DNA from: an uncultured Acidobacteriota bacterium
GTDB taxonomy: Bacteria > Acidobacteriota > Blastocatellia > Pyrinomonadales > Pyrinomonadaceae
Direction: 5' to 3'
DNA: 64,000 bases
Assembly: GCA_963763355.1 (NCBI GenBank)
Contig: CAVXOI010000004.1
Location: 123,514-187,513 of the forward strand
A model generated the notes under the pieces. The model had not been told where the DNA came from. It searched no databases and saw nothing but the letters and a program-made list of their open reading frames with translations. Position numbers and translations under genes: made by a program. Positions 51,380 through 61,187 of this stretch are shown here, piece by piece. The first letter of the stretch is position 1, and each line of letters opens with the position of its first letter.

Positions 51380-51754
51380 TGGTGGAGGCGGCGGGAATCG
51401 AACCCGCATCCAAAGGTTGCGACCAGTGAAATCTACACGTTTAGCCCGTTTGCTCGGTTCTCATTTTCGGCAAGTAAGCAAGCGGGCAAGACCTTGCCGA
51501 AAACCAGCCTGACTAACATTTCAGACGCGTCCGCAGGCGGTGGACGTGCCCTAGCCTGGACTGAGTTATGCCTTATCCGGTCGCTCTAGGCTGACTTCCG
51601 GTAAGACATTGCTGTAGCTAAAGTTAATTAGGCAGCAAGAGCTAATTCTTGATTAGCATTTGTGTTTTGCAAGTTTTGTTAACGAGCTCACCTACAAAAA
51701 GCCCGACGTGCATCCAAAGATCTATACAAGCCCCTGTCGAAGCCTGTCGCCCCC
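51380..51754 (-). ncRNA. ssrA: tmRNA
   Basis: Minus strand starts GGGGGCGACAGGCTTCGACAGGGG and ends GGATGCGGGTTCGATTCCCGCCGCCTCCACCA. The internal tag frame ends ...AAT GCT AAT CAA GAA TTA GCT CTT GCT GCC TAA (...NANQELALAA*). Confidence 0.9.
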
Positions 51755-51867
51755 ATAGCGAGGACTGCTAGTTTACGAAATTTAGATGAAAATAGAAAGC
51801 GTTACGTTGGGCGGTTTTGTGCCCGTCCTCTCATTTTGCGGGTAATTCACGTTATACTTTAACTGAT

Positions 51868-52869
51868 ATGAATATGGATTCGAAGAAGATCATGGTTGCC
51901 GGAGCAAGCGGTTTGGTCGGGCGTGCGGTCGTTAACCGCCTGGCCGAGGCGGGCTATGGTGAGATATTGAAGCCTGCTTCCTCGGAACTTGATCTGATCC
52001 GCCAGGAGCAGGTCGAGGATTATTTCGATACCCATCGGCCTCAGGCCGTGATCGTCGCCGCGGCAAAGGTCGGCGGGATCGCCGCGAACAATGCTTACCG
52101 TGCCGATTTTATCTACCAGAACTTGATGATCGAAGCGAATGTGATCCATTCAGCGTTCCGAACGCGCGTCGAAAAGCTTATTCTGCTCGGCAGTTCGTGC
52201 ATTTACCCGAAACAAGCGAGTTATCCGATCCGCGAAGAGGAACTATTGGCGAGCCCTCTTGAATTTACAAATGAACCGTACGCCATAGCAAAAATTGCCG
52301 GGATCAAGCTGTGTGAGAGCTATTACCGGCAGCACGGGTGCAATTTCTTTTCGGTGATGCCGACAAACCTATATGGTCCCCACGATAATTTCGATCTTGA
52401 AACCTCGCACGTGATACCAGCCCTTATGCGAAAATTTCACGAAGCAAAAATATCAAACGCGCCGTTCGTCACGATATGGGGGACCGGCAAGCCGATGCGG
52501 GAATTTATGTATGTCAAAGATATGGCGGACGCGATCTTTTTTGTATCTCAGAATCTGAACGCCGACGATATCTACAACCGCGGCATTTCACATATCAACA
52601 TCGGCACCAGCGAGGAAATTTCGATCAGCGAAACGGCGCGGCTGATCTCCGAGATAGTCGGTTACCAGGGCAACATCGAATTTGACGGTTCGCGGCCTGA
52701 CGGCACAATGCGAAAAGTAATGGACGTATCTCGTTTGCACGAACTCGGGTGGCGACACAGTACGGGGTTACGCGACGGGCTGGCTGAAGTCTATGGCTGG
52801 TACTCGCAAAATTACCGCCCTGCCGTTAACGGGGCAGTTCCGGCATTAAAACATATGAAAAAGCCCTGA
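51868..52869 (+). CDS. fcl: GDP-L-fucose synthase
   Basis: KIMVAGASGLVGRAV, AAAKVGGIAANNAYRADFIYQNLMIE, GSSCIYPK and YAIAKIAG (YxxxK). Confidence 0.85.
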   Translation: MNMDSKKIMVAGASGLVGRAVVNRLAEAGYGEILKPASSELDLIRQEQVEDYFDTHRPQAVIVAAAKVGGIAANNAYRADFIYQNLMIEANVIHSAFRTRVEKLILLGSSCIYPKQASYPIREEELLASPLEFTNEPYAIAKIAGIKLCESYYRQHGCNFFSVMPTNLYGPHDNFDLETSHVIPALMRKFHEAKISNAPFVTIWGTGKPMREFMYVKDMADAIFFVSQNLNADDIYNRGISHINIGTSEEISISETARLISEIVGYQGNIEFDGSRPDGTMRKVMDVSRLHELGWRHSTGLRDGLAEVYGWYSQNYRPAVNGAVPALKHMKKP

Positions 52870-52936
52870 TATGGGAGTTACGGGCCAGGAGGTCAGTCCT
52901 TTGACCGGTCCCCACTAACAGAGTCGCGAACAAACA

Positions 52937-52965
52937 ATGCTGCCATTTTGGCGGCATTTTTATTT
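52937..52965 (+). terminator. intrinsic terminator after fcl
   Basis: atgctgcc / atttt / ggcggcat, then ttttatttcc. Confidence 0.65.
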
Positions 52966-53076
52966 CCGGGGTCTGCTGACGCGGCCAAATTACGGCAGAT
53001 TTGATAGAAGTGTACGCTACCGCACACAACCATCATTTCGCAGGCTCTATCATTTATTTGCACGAAGAGAAAAACG

Positions 53077-53319
53077 ATGGAATCTGCGATCTCAATACTC
53101 CGCCGAAGGGCACTTCAGCATTCAAGGCAGGCCACCCGATTGTGGAAACGCTCTACACAATTGCTCGTTTCACAAGATCTCGTAGACCGGCATTCTGCGG
53201 TCCGAACTGCGGTAGAGATGAATGAACGGGCGATCGACGAGTGTAAAAAGGCCCTTAATACGATCGATTTTCTTCGCCGCTATCAGGACCCCAAGCCACT
53301 TCGCGGCGATCGGAATTAA
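53077..53319 (+). CDS. possible 80-aa hypothetical protein in an otherwise unassigned 0.55-kb spacer
   Basis: ORF only (MESAISILRRRALQHSRQ...), with a weak purine-rich stretch before the ATG and no motif. Confidence 0.2.
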   Translation: MESAISILRRRALQHSRQATRLWKRSTQLLVSQDLVDRHSAVRTAVEMNERAIDECKKALNTIDFLRRYQDPKPLRGDRN

Positions 53320-53415
53320 GTCGGCTCAAATTCCTCGAAAGAGAACGGTGAACACCAGGACCAAACTATCGCTAGCGGTGTGGCCTGAAAAGCTGCACGT
53401 TTACCGTACTGTAGC

Positions 53416-54806
53416 CTACGCGGCCTGTCCGTTCGCTATAAGCGTTGGGTAAGCGCCGGTCCAGCAGGCGGTGCAGGACGATGTGGCGTCGATGCCGATC
53501 GCGGCCAGCATTCCTTCAAGCGAGAGATAACCGAGGCTGTCAGCTCCGATGTATTCGCAGACCTCTTTGATGTTCATCCGCGACGCGATCAGGTCCTGGC
53601 GGTGCGGGCGTGTCCACCCCGTAATAGCACGAATGTGTGGTCGGCGGACAGGAGATGCGCATATGAACTTCTTTGGCACCGGATTCGCGGACCATTTCGA
53701 CGAGCTTTTTTGAAGTCGTGCCGCGGACGATCGAATCGTCGACCAGCACGACACGTTGATCGCGGATAAGGTCCTTGATCGGATTAAGTTTCAGACGGAC
53801 GCCGAACGACCGGATCGACTGTGACGGCTCGATAAACGTGCGGCCGACGTAGTGATTTCGGATTATTGCCTGGCGGAAATTGATGCCCGACTGTTTCGCG
53901 AACCCGATCGCGGCGGCGACGCCCGAATCGGGAACCGGCACGACAAGGTCGCGCCTCGACCGGCTGCTCGATCGCGAGCTGCTTGCCCATTTTATGCCGT
54001 GATTCATTTACCGACCGCCCGAATATTATCGAATCGGGACGCGAAAAATAAACGTGTTCGAACGTGCAAACGGCCGCAGGTTTCTTATCGAAGGGCATTC
54101 GCGATTCGATACCGTTTTCCGTGATAACTATCATTTCGCCCGGCTCTACTTCACGGACGTATTGAGCATCGATCAGATCGAACGCACATGTTTCTGACGC
54201 GATGCAAAAGGCGTCCTTAAGTTTACCGAGGACGAGCGGGCGAAACCCGCGCGGATCGCGAACGGCTACCAGCGCATTCGGCATCAGAAACAGCAGCGAA
54301 AATGCGCCGTCGGTTTGTTTCAGCACCGTCTCGATCGCCTCGATCGCATTCGCGGCCTGGGTTCGGGCAATGCCGTGAAGGATGGTTTCGGTATCCGAGG
54401 TCGATGAGAAAATGGCGCCTTCCTTTTCAAGCTCCCGCCGGCGCGCCTTTGCAAACGGCAGGTTTCCGTTGTGACAAACAGCGATATCGCCGTGCTGGCA
54501 GGTGACCGAAAAAGGCTGCACTTCCTTTATCGTGTTGTGGCCGGTCGTCGAATATCGCGTGTGCCCGATCGCGCTCGAGCCCCTCAATTTGCGAAGAACA
54601 TCTTCATTCAGCACATCCGCGACCAAGCCCTGCGAGCGAAACTGGTGAAGATCGCCGCCGTCGCTTGAAACGATACCGCAAGCTTCCTGCCCCCGGTGCT
54701 GGAGTGCAAAAAGCCCTAACTGCGTCAGCGTCGAAGCCTCGGCATGTCCGAAAATGCCGAAAATACCGCATTCTTCCTTAAATTTGTCCAAAACCACATC
54801 CATCAT
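53416..54806 (-). CDS. purF: amidophosphoribosyltransferase (2 or more frame breaks)
   Basis: [21 protein letters not shown] (N-terminal Cys), [31 protein letters not shown], and tail [10 protein letters not shown]. Pieces 53784..54839, 53540..54007 and 53416..53754. Confidence 0.85.
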
Positions 54807-54911
54807 TTCTATTTTAACCGCTGGGCCCGCGGAGGGCACGAAGGGAAATTACTTTCTATCTTTGTCCCGCTTTCTCTCTTTGTCCCCGCTTGATTAGATT
54901 TAGCCGCCGCC

Positions 54912-55547
54912 TCAAAGTTTGCGTTCTATTTCACGTGCCTGCTCCAGATCTTGTTCGGTATTGATGTTTGCAAAATAATTTACCGGCGGCGCGGTCAAGG
55001 ATTTGTACTCGTCGGGTTTGACTATAAGGGGATGAAGTTGCTCCACGACCTCGTGCATAGGCGGGGAGACGCGAGGGCGGTGGATTATCTCATCCACGAC
55101 AGCTTTCACCTTTTTGACGTCATAAAAGGCACAAAGCGGCTGAAGGCGGCCATCGGGCTGCTCGGGGACGATCGCGCCAAAGCTTTCGTATTCACCATTG
55201 GTGTAACGAGATAGATTGGTTATCAGATCCCGCGTTACAAAGGGAAGATCGCAAGCGACCAGAAAGACCCAATCGGCGGAAGCGTGTGTCAAGGCGGTGT
55301 ACAGCCCGCCAAGCGGGCCGCGGCCTTCGATAACGTCGAAGACGAACAGGGCATCGAGCCTTGCGGCCTCGATGGCGAACTGGACCTCATTTCCGGTCAC
55401 GAAATAGATCTTCGACGCGATCTCGGAATCGCGAACTGTTTGGAGTGCACGTTCAGCGAGAGTCTTGCCGCCGATCCGTTCGAATGCCTTGTCGCGTCCG
55501 AGCCGGCTCGAACGCCCGCCGACCAGAATAAAAGCTTCGATGTTCAT
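54912..55547 (-). CDS. mobA: molybdenum cofactor guanylyltransferase
   Basis: MNIEAFILVGGRSSRLGRDK, GPLGGLYTAL and LVACDLPF. Its ATG overlaps the stop of the upstream oxidoreductase (ATGA, 55544-55547). Confidence 0.85.
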   Translation of the reverse strand: MNIEAFILVGGRSSRLGRDKAFERIGGKTLAERALQTVRDSEIASKIYFVTGNEVQFAIEAARLDALFVFDVIEGRGPLGGLYTALTHASADWVFLVACDLPFVTRDLITNLSRYTNGEYESFGAIVPEQPDGRLQPLCAFYDVKKVKAVVDEIIHRPRVSPPMHEVVEQLHPLIVKPDEYKSLTAPPVNYFANINTEQDLEQAREIERKL

Positions 55548-58011
55548 GGGGCATACTTGCTGCTCGTGTTTCCGGCTGTTGGTTTGACAGAGACGATCAC
55601 ACATTTTGACGTCGGCGTGTTGCTGCGGCGGGCGATACTGCCAAGGGGAACAAGCGGGTTTGCCTCGGGGAAATATGTTGCGCAACAGTCGAGCGGGATG
55701 TCGTAAGGTACAACAGTAAAAGCCTTTACCTGACGTTCGCCGTCATCGAAATGGCTTGTAATATCCACCGGCTGGCCCACCTCAAGACCGCGATCAGTAA
55801 TGTCCTTTTTGTTCATAAAGATCACCCGTCGGCTGCCGTCGATCCCGCGGTAACGGTCGCGGTTATCGTAAATGGTCGTATTAAATTGCCCGTGCGAGCG
55901 TATGGTCGTCATCAAAAGCCTGCCAGGTTCGAGGCGGATGGTTTCGAGCGGAGCCGGGCGGAACAGAGCTTTGCCGGAGGGTGTTTTGAAGATGCCCTCG
56001 CGTCGGCGGGTTTGGCATATAGAAGCCGCCATCCGTGCGGATGCGTTCGTTGTAGTTCTCGCATCCGGGCACGACCCGCGATATAGCGTCGCGAATGTTA
56101 TCGTAATCGGCTGCCATTGCGTCCCAGTGGACGGTGGTTCGCGTCCCAAGCGTCGCCTTAGCCAGCTGAGCGACGATCCACGGCTCGCTGCGAAGATGCT
56201 CGGACGCGGGTTCAAAGACGCCGCGTGAAGATTGAACACTGAGCATTGTGCTTTCGGTCGAGACGAATTGGTCGACAAGCATACGCCCTCCGGGCACACT
56301 GCCTAGCGGATGTTTTTCCACCTTCGCAGGCGGAAACCTGAGTAGTAGCGAGGGTGCGCCATGTGGAACATCATCCAACTTGCGCACACTCCCTACCGGT
56401 CGTGTTTCCGCCTGTGGTTGTCGGTCAATTTCGGTACGGCCGAGGCATGGGAGGATAATCGAAACTCTTCCGGGCGTTACCGCCGTCCGGTTCAGTTTAG
56501 TCAGAACGTTTACTGTCAGGGCGCAATTACGGACCGCAGTTTCAACAACGTTGGTGTCTGGAGACGCTGCGACGAAGTTGCCGCCCATGGCGAGGAACAC
56601 CTTCAGACGGCCGTCTCGCATCGCCGCGATGCTCTCGACCGTGTTGTACCCGTCCTTTTCCGGGGCCGTGAATCCAAATTCCCTTTCAAGATTTTCGCGA
56701 AAAACCGGATTCATTTTCTCCCAAATACCCATAGTCCGGTCGCCCTGCACATTCGAATGTCCGCGGACCGGGCACAACCCAGCGCCGGGATGGCCGATCG
56801 CGCCGCGTAGCAGATGCAGGTTAACTATGTCCTGAATGGTCGCGACCGCGTCCGTGTGCTGCGTAACGCCCATTGCCCAGCAGGTGACGAATTTGTCGGC
56901 AGACATTATCATCTCGGCCGCTTTCGAGATCTGTTCGTGTGTAAGACCTGAGGACTCGCGGATGTCGTCCCACGGTGTAGCGTCAAGCGTTTTAACCAGA
57001 TCTTCGTAACCTTCCGTCTTCGCCTGAATGAAGTCGTGATCGAAAACAGTGCCGGGCTTTTCACGCTCGCGTTCGAGCATTGTTTTCATCAGACCCTTCA
57101 ACACAGCCATATCCCCGCCGATCCGGAGCGGAAGGTGAAGGTCTGCAAGCTTCACCGGCTTTCCACCGATCAGCGAGAACGGATTGCCGTGCTGCGGGTT
57201 AGGGTCCTTGAAATTCATCAATCCGGCTTCCGGCAACGGGTTGATGGCGATCATCTTCGCTCCATTCTTTTTTGCGGCAGCCAGCGACGTCATCATCCGC
57301 GGAGCATTTGTTCCCGGGTTCTGGCCGATGACGATGATCAGATCGGTGTTCTCGAGGTCTTCCATCCGCACGGTCGCTTTGCCGAGACCGATAGACTCGG
57401 TCAACGCGACGCTCGTCGATTCATGACACATATTCGAGCAATCGGGCAAATTGTTCGTGCCGAATTGGCGGACGAAAAGCTGGTAGAGAAATGCCGCTTC
57501 GTTCGAGGTGCGTCCTGAGGTGTAAAAGACCGCCTCATCGGGCGAGGCGAGCGAGTTTAGTTTGCCGCCGATCGTTTCGAAAGCATTTTCCCACGATATC
57601 GGCTCATAATGCCGGCTGCCCTCGCGCATGATCAAAGGCTCGGTCAGTCGGCCCTGGTCGTTCAGCCATTGATCGCTTTGCCGGGCCAGTTCGTCTATCG
57701 AATACTTCGCGAAAAATTCGGCGGCCGATGCGTTTCGTCGTCGCCTCGTCCGCCATCGCCTTGGCACCGTTCTCGCAAAATTCGGCAAACGTCCGGTGGC
57801 TTTCCGGGTCGGGCCATGCGCACGACGGGCAATCGAACCCGCCCGCCTGGTTGATCTTCAGCATCCCGCGGGTCCCGCGCACGACGCCCATCTTTCCGAA
57901 AACATTCCGCGCCGTGCTGATGGCCGCGTCGAGGCCTGCCGCGGTTTCTTCAGGTTTCGAGATCTCGAGTTTTTCTTTTTCTTCAGACACGGAAGTTTCG
58001 ATAGACTTCAT
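55544..58011 (-). CDS. molybdopterin (bis-MGD) oxidoreductase, FdhF/YdeP-like alpha subunit; 2 frame breaks plus a REP insertion
   Basis: GGFDCPSCAWPDP, YTSGRTSNEAAFLYQLFVRQFGTNNLPDCSNMCHESTS, VIGQNPGTNAPRM, GHSNVQGDRTMG, and C-terminus GQFNTTIY...ATYFPEANPLV. Pieces 57604..58053, 55881..57788 and 55544..56299. Confidence 0.8.
56292..56412. repeat. REP-1 cluster inside the oxidoreductase CDS: 84-nt inverted doublet (56329-56412) plus a degenerate third copy (56292-56322)
   Basis: ggcggaaacctgagtagtagcgagggtgcgc ... gcgcacactccctaccggtcgtgtttccgcc. It has the same length and about 90 percent arm identity to the intergenic doublet at 59001-59084. Confidence 0.8.
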
Positions 58012-58015
58012 TCGG

Positions 58016-58106
58016 AATAACTGATAGCTGGTAGCTGAAAACTGATAATTCAACCCAACTTTGATTGCTTTAATTATCAGTTATCAGCTATCAGTTTTCA
58101 GCTATT
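58016..58106. repeat. ctgataa-word hairpin between fdhD and the oxidoreductase gene
   Basis: aataactgatagctggtagctgaaaactgataatt / aattatcagttatcagctatcagttttcagctatt, about 21 bp paired with 2 mismatches. It shares a 20-mer with 12645-12664. Confidence 0.75.
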
Positions 58107-58980
58107 CCCGATCGGGCTCTGACTCGCTGGCCGCAATAAATATTAAACCTCTCTTCCCTGACAAACCCGATCAGCGTCATACCGAACTCGCGTGCCAATT
58201 CGACCGCCAGGCTGGACGGCGCTCCGACCGCAGCCAGTATCGGAATGCCCGCCATCAGCGCTTTTTGCACGAGTTCGAAACTGGCGCGGCCGCTGACCAG
58301 CAAAATGCTGTCGCTGAGCGGCAGTCCGTTCGCCAGGAATTTTGAACCGATCACTTTGTCGAGAGCGTTATGACGACCAACATCTTCGCGGACGATATCC
58401 AGCGTGCCGTCCAGGTGGAACAAGGCCGAGGCATGAAGGCCGCCGGTTCTGTCGAAAGTTTCCTGTTCACGGCGCAGCGCGTCCGGCAAACGGTTTATGA
58501 ATTCCGGATCGATCAACGGCAGGTCGGAAACCGGCAGCTATTCGCGCCGGTTTTCAAAGCTTCGATCGAGCTTTTGCCGCAAACGCCGCAGCTTGACGAT
58601 GTATAGAAATGGCGTTCAAGACGTTTGAAATCGATGTCCACCCCGTCTTTCAGATCAACCCGGATCGTGTTTGAGTTGAGCGCCCCGGCCCGATCAAGCG
58701 TGCCTGAGCCCTTGCCGATCTTCAGCCCGCAGTGGCGGATCTGTTTGATCTGATCGGGCGATTTGATTATTCCTTCCGTGAAAAGAAATCCGGCGGCAAG
58801 GTCGGCATCCTCGCCGGGTGTCCGCATCGTGATCGAGATCGCTTTGTGCGTTCCGTCGGGAAATCCAAGGCGTATCTCAAGCGGCTCTTCGACCGCGAGC
58901 ACGTCGGCGAGGTCCCGTTCATCCGAGCCCGACTCGACACGCCGAACGGTGATTTCGAAGATCGCGGATGCCGGTTTCAC
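58091..58980 (-). CDS. fdhD: formate dehydrogenase accessory sulfurtransferase (one frame break near 58515-58540)
   Basis: LAVEEPLEIRL, MRTPGEDADLAAGFLFTEGII, SSSCGVCGK, GGLHASALF, EDVGRHNALDKVIG and VSGRASFELVQKA. Pieces 58513..58980 and 58091..58516. Confidence 0.85.
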
Positions 58981-59000
58981 AGTTCAAGTTTAGCAGAACA

Positions 59001-59084
59001 GGCGGAAACCCGAGCTGTAGCGAGGGTGCGCGACGTTGAATGGCAGCCGCATTGCGCACCCTCCCTACCGGTCGGGTTTCCGCC
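59001..59084. repeat. REP-1 inverted doublet (REPIN), intergenic
   Basis: ggcggaaacccgagctgtagcgagggtgcgc (59001-59031) / gcgcaccctccctaccggtcgggtttccgcc (59054-59084). Confidence 0.85.
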
Positions 59085-59110
59085 TTTTGCTTTAGCAAGG
59101 AGGCAGTACC

Positions 59111-59174
59111 GCAGAGACGCGGAGACGCAGAGGAAGCGTGGTCCGAGCTGTCCTCTGCATCTCCGCGTCTCTGC
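59111..59174. repeat. 23-bp hairpin (22/23) gcagagacgcggagacgcagagg / cctctgcatctccgcgtctctgc
   Basis: Read directly. It lies immediately downstream of the fumarylacetoacetase stop. Confidence 0.8.
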
Positions 59175-59181
59175 GTTGAAA

Positions 59182-60523
59182 TCAGCCGGCCGGGAGGATA
59201 CGGCCGCGGCATTCGCCGAAGCCGATGCGGCGGAAGCCTTCGCGTTCGCAGTAGCCTTTCATGATGATCTCGTCGCCGTCTTCGAGGAAGCGGCGTGTTT
59301 CGCCCGATGGCAGTTCGATCGGCTCGGTGCCACGCCAGGTCAGCTCCAGCATGCAGCCGCGTTCGGTCTTTTCCTTGCCGCTGACCGTGCCGGTGGCCAT
59401 CAGGTCGCCGGTCTGCAGGTTGCAGCCGTTCGAGGCGTGGTGCGTGAGCATCTGGCCGATGGTCCAGTAGAGGTCTTTCGTGTTCGAGCGGCGAAGGCGA
59501 TGCGGTTCGATGTTTTCGTTCCGCATCTTTTCGGTCTGGATATAAACCTCAAGATTGATATCGAGCCCGCCGAATTTTTGGTTCTGCTCGTCGCTCAGAT
59601 AATCAAGCGGCTGCGGATCGTCCGGATCGCGTTCGAACGCCTTTGTCCTGAACGGAGCAAGCGCCTCCATCGTCACAACGAACGGCGAGATCGTCGTCGC
59701 AAAATTCTTTGCGAGAAACGGCCCGAGCGGCTGGTACTCCCACGCCTGTATGTCGCGTGCCGACCAGTCGTTCACAAGGCACAGGCCGAAGATATGCTCC
59801 TCGGCCTCGCCGATCGGGATCGACTGTTCCGAGCTCATTTCCCTGCCCGACAAAAAACCCGAGCTCCATCTCGTAATCGAGATTCTTCGCACGGGATAAA
59901 AACCGGCGGCTTCTCCGCATCGCTCCGGTTCTGCCCATTCGGCCGTTTGATATCGGTCCCGCTTATCACAATACTCGAAGCCCGCCCGTGATACCCGATC
60001 GGCACATATTTGTAATTCGGCAGCAGCGGATTGTCCGGCCGGAACATCGAGCCGACATTCGTGGCGTGGAAGATGGAGCAGTAGAAGTCGGTGTAGTCGC
60101 CGATGTTGAACGGGCTATGAGAATTGCAACATCAGTCGAGTCGTAAAGGAACGCTTCTGAGTTCGACTGCCTCGGCCTTGCGAATCACCTGACAAGTCAG
60201 CTCAGAGAGCCTTTGTCTCGAACTTCGAACGAAACATCCTCGGTCCGACATACCGTACGTCAACATCCAGTCAGACGGTGTCCTGCTAATACGTGTTCAG
60301 GATATGAATCTCGAAATGAAATCCAGCTGCATTCGTCAGCAACTAGACATCGAGTACCCTGATCACCAATTCTGACACCGATGCTCCGTATGATCGTGCA
60401 ATCTCGGATCTTCGAAAACACAAAACGGCAGATTCTGTATCGGAAAATCCGTATTCGGGTCGTTGGCGGATTCGACCCAGCTTTTGAGGTAGGGTCGTGG
60501 GTTTCGTTGATCTCGTAGGTCAT
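59182..60523 (-). pseudogene. fumarylacetoacetase (FAH); C-terminal two thirds need 1-2 frame changes, N-terminal ~420 nt needs 5 or more and carries stops
   Basis: SWVESANDPNTDFPIQNLPFCVF, IGVRIGDQ / [78 protein letters not shown], and tail GFGECRGRILPA. Confidence 0.8.
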
Positions 60524-61117
60524 ATTCGACTGTCGGGTCGATAAAGGCAGAAACACGACCGGTAGGGAGTGTGCCCCGTAGCATTCGGCCTATTTAGAAC
60601 TTCGGTAGATCTATCTCCTTGTCCGTTCACGGTGTAATCAACGGCGGCCTCCACACTGATGTGGTTTCCATAAATATCTTGTGCTGCCTCCACGCGACCA
60701 GATCGCAAGCTCTTTCGCCACTAAACCCGCTTCGCGAAGTTCCCGCGTCGCATTCGCTTTAAAGGCATTCATTATCGAGGCGGGTGTCGAAATCGCGGAA
60801 ACGACAACGTGGACATGGTTGGTTCTCACATTGATCGCCAACAGCCTGTAACCGCGGATTCTGCAGACTTCACGAATCGCGGATTCACACAGCCGCTCGC
60901 TGGCGGCCATTCAGTAACACCGGCTCCGAATCCATATTCCGTTGCCATCTTTACCGAAAAAACGGGATCAAGTGACGATTCGTTCGGCGCCGTAGATATT
61001 CTGCCCGTGTCGGTCGACCGAACCTCTCTGATCGCCATGAAGCCAAGTACCGTGCGTTCTGAACGTGATAAAGTATGCAAGCGGATATTCGTTGTCGTCC
61101 CATTCGTTGTTAGACAT
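60520..61117 (-). mobile_element. REP-associated tyrosine transposase (RAYT; IS200/IS605 Y1 HUH family), 3 or more frame breaks
   Basis: MSNNEWDDNEYPLAYFITFRTHGTWLHGDQRGSVDRHGQNIYGA / PNESSLDPVFSVKMATEYGF / SERLCESAIREVCRIRGYRLLAINVRTNHVHVVVSA...WSRGGSTRYLWKP / VEAAVDYTVNGQGD, read from successive frames. Confidence 0.75.
60546..60576. repeat. REP-1 copy flanking the RAYT (inverted orientation)
   Basis: ggcagaaacacgaccggtagggagtgtgccc. Confidence 0.85.
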
Positions 61118-61131
61118 CTTGTTTTGTTGCA

Positions 61132-61162
61132 GGGCACACTCGCTACCGGTCGTGTTTCTGCC
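61132..61162. repeat. REP-1 copy flanking the RAYT (direct orientation)
   Basis: gggcacactcgctaccggtcgtgtttctgcc, 15 nt upstream of the RAYT ATG. Confidence 0.85.
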
Positions 61163-61187
61163 TGTGTGGGCTACGACCGCCTGCTGG

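Noticed and set aside
47559-51380. Genomic island integrated at the 3' end of ssrA
   Set aside because: There is no integrase and no direct repeat of the tmRNA 3' end (gggaatcgaacccgc occurs once). The neighbouring genes are ordinary secreted or regulatory proteins. A slightly lower GC by eye is not enough.
55544-58011. Selenocysteine (in-frame TGA) recoding in the formate-dehydrogenase-like gene
   Set aside because: The active-site position reads Cys (DCSNMCHESTS). The ORF interruptions are frame changes, not single in-frame TGA codons, and I saw no SECIS-like hairpin.
56292-61162. Repeated ~31-nt motif as a possible CRISPR array
   Set aside because: Copies occur as inverted pairs at irregular distances of kilobases. 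There are no direct repeats with uniform 25-40-nt spacers and no cas genes nearby. The motif flanks a Y1 transposase, which fits REP/RAYT.
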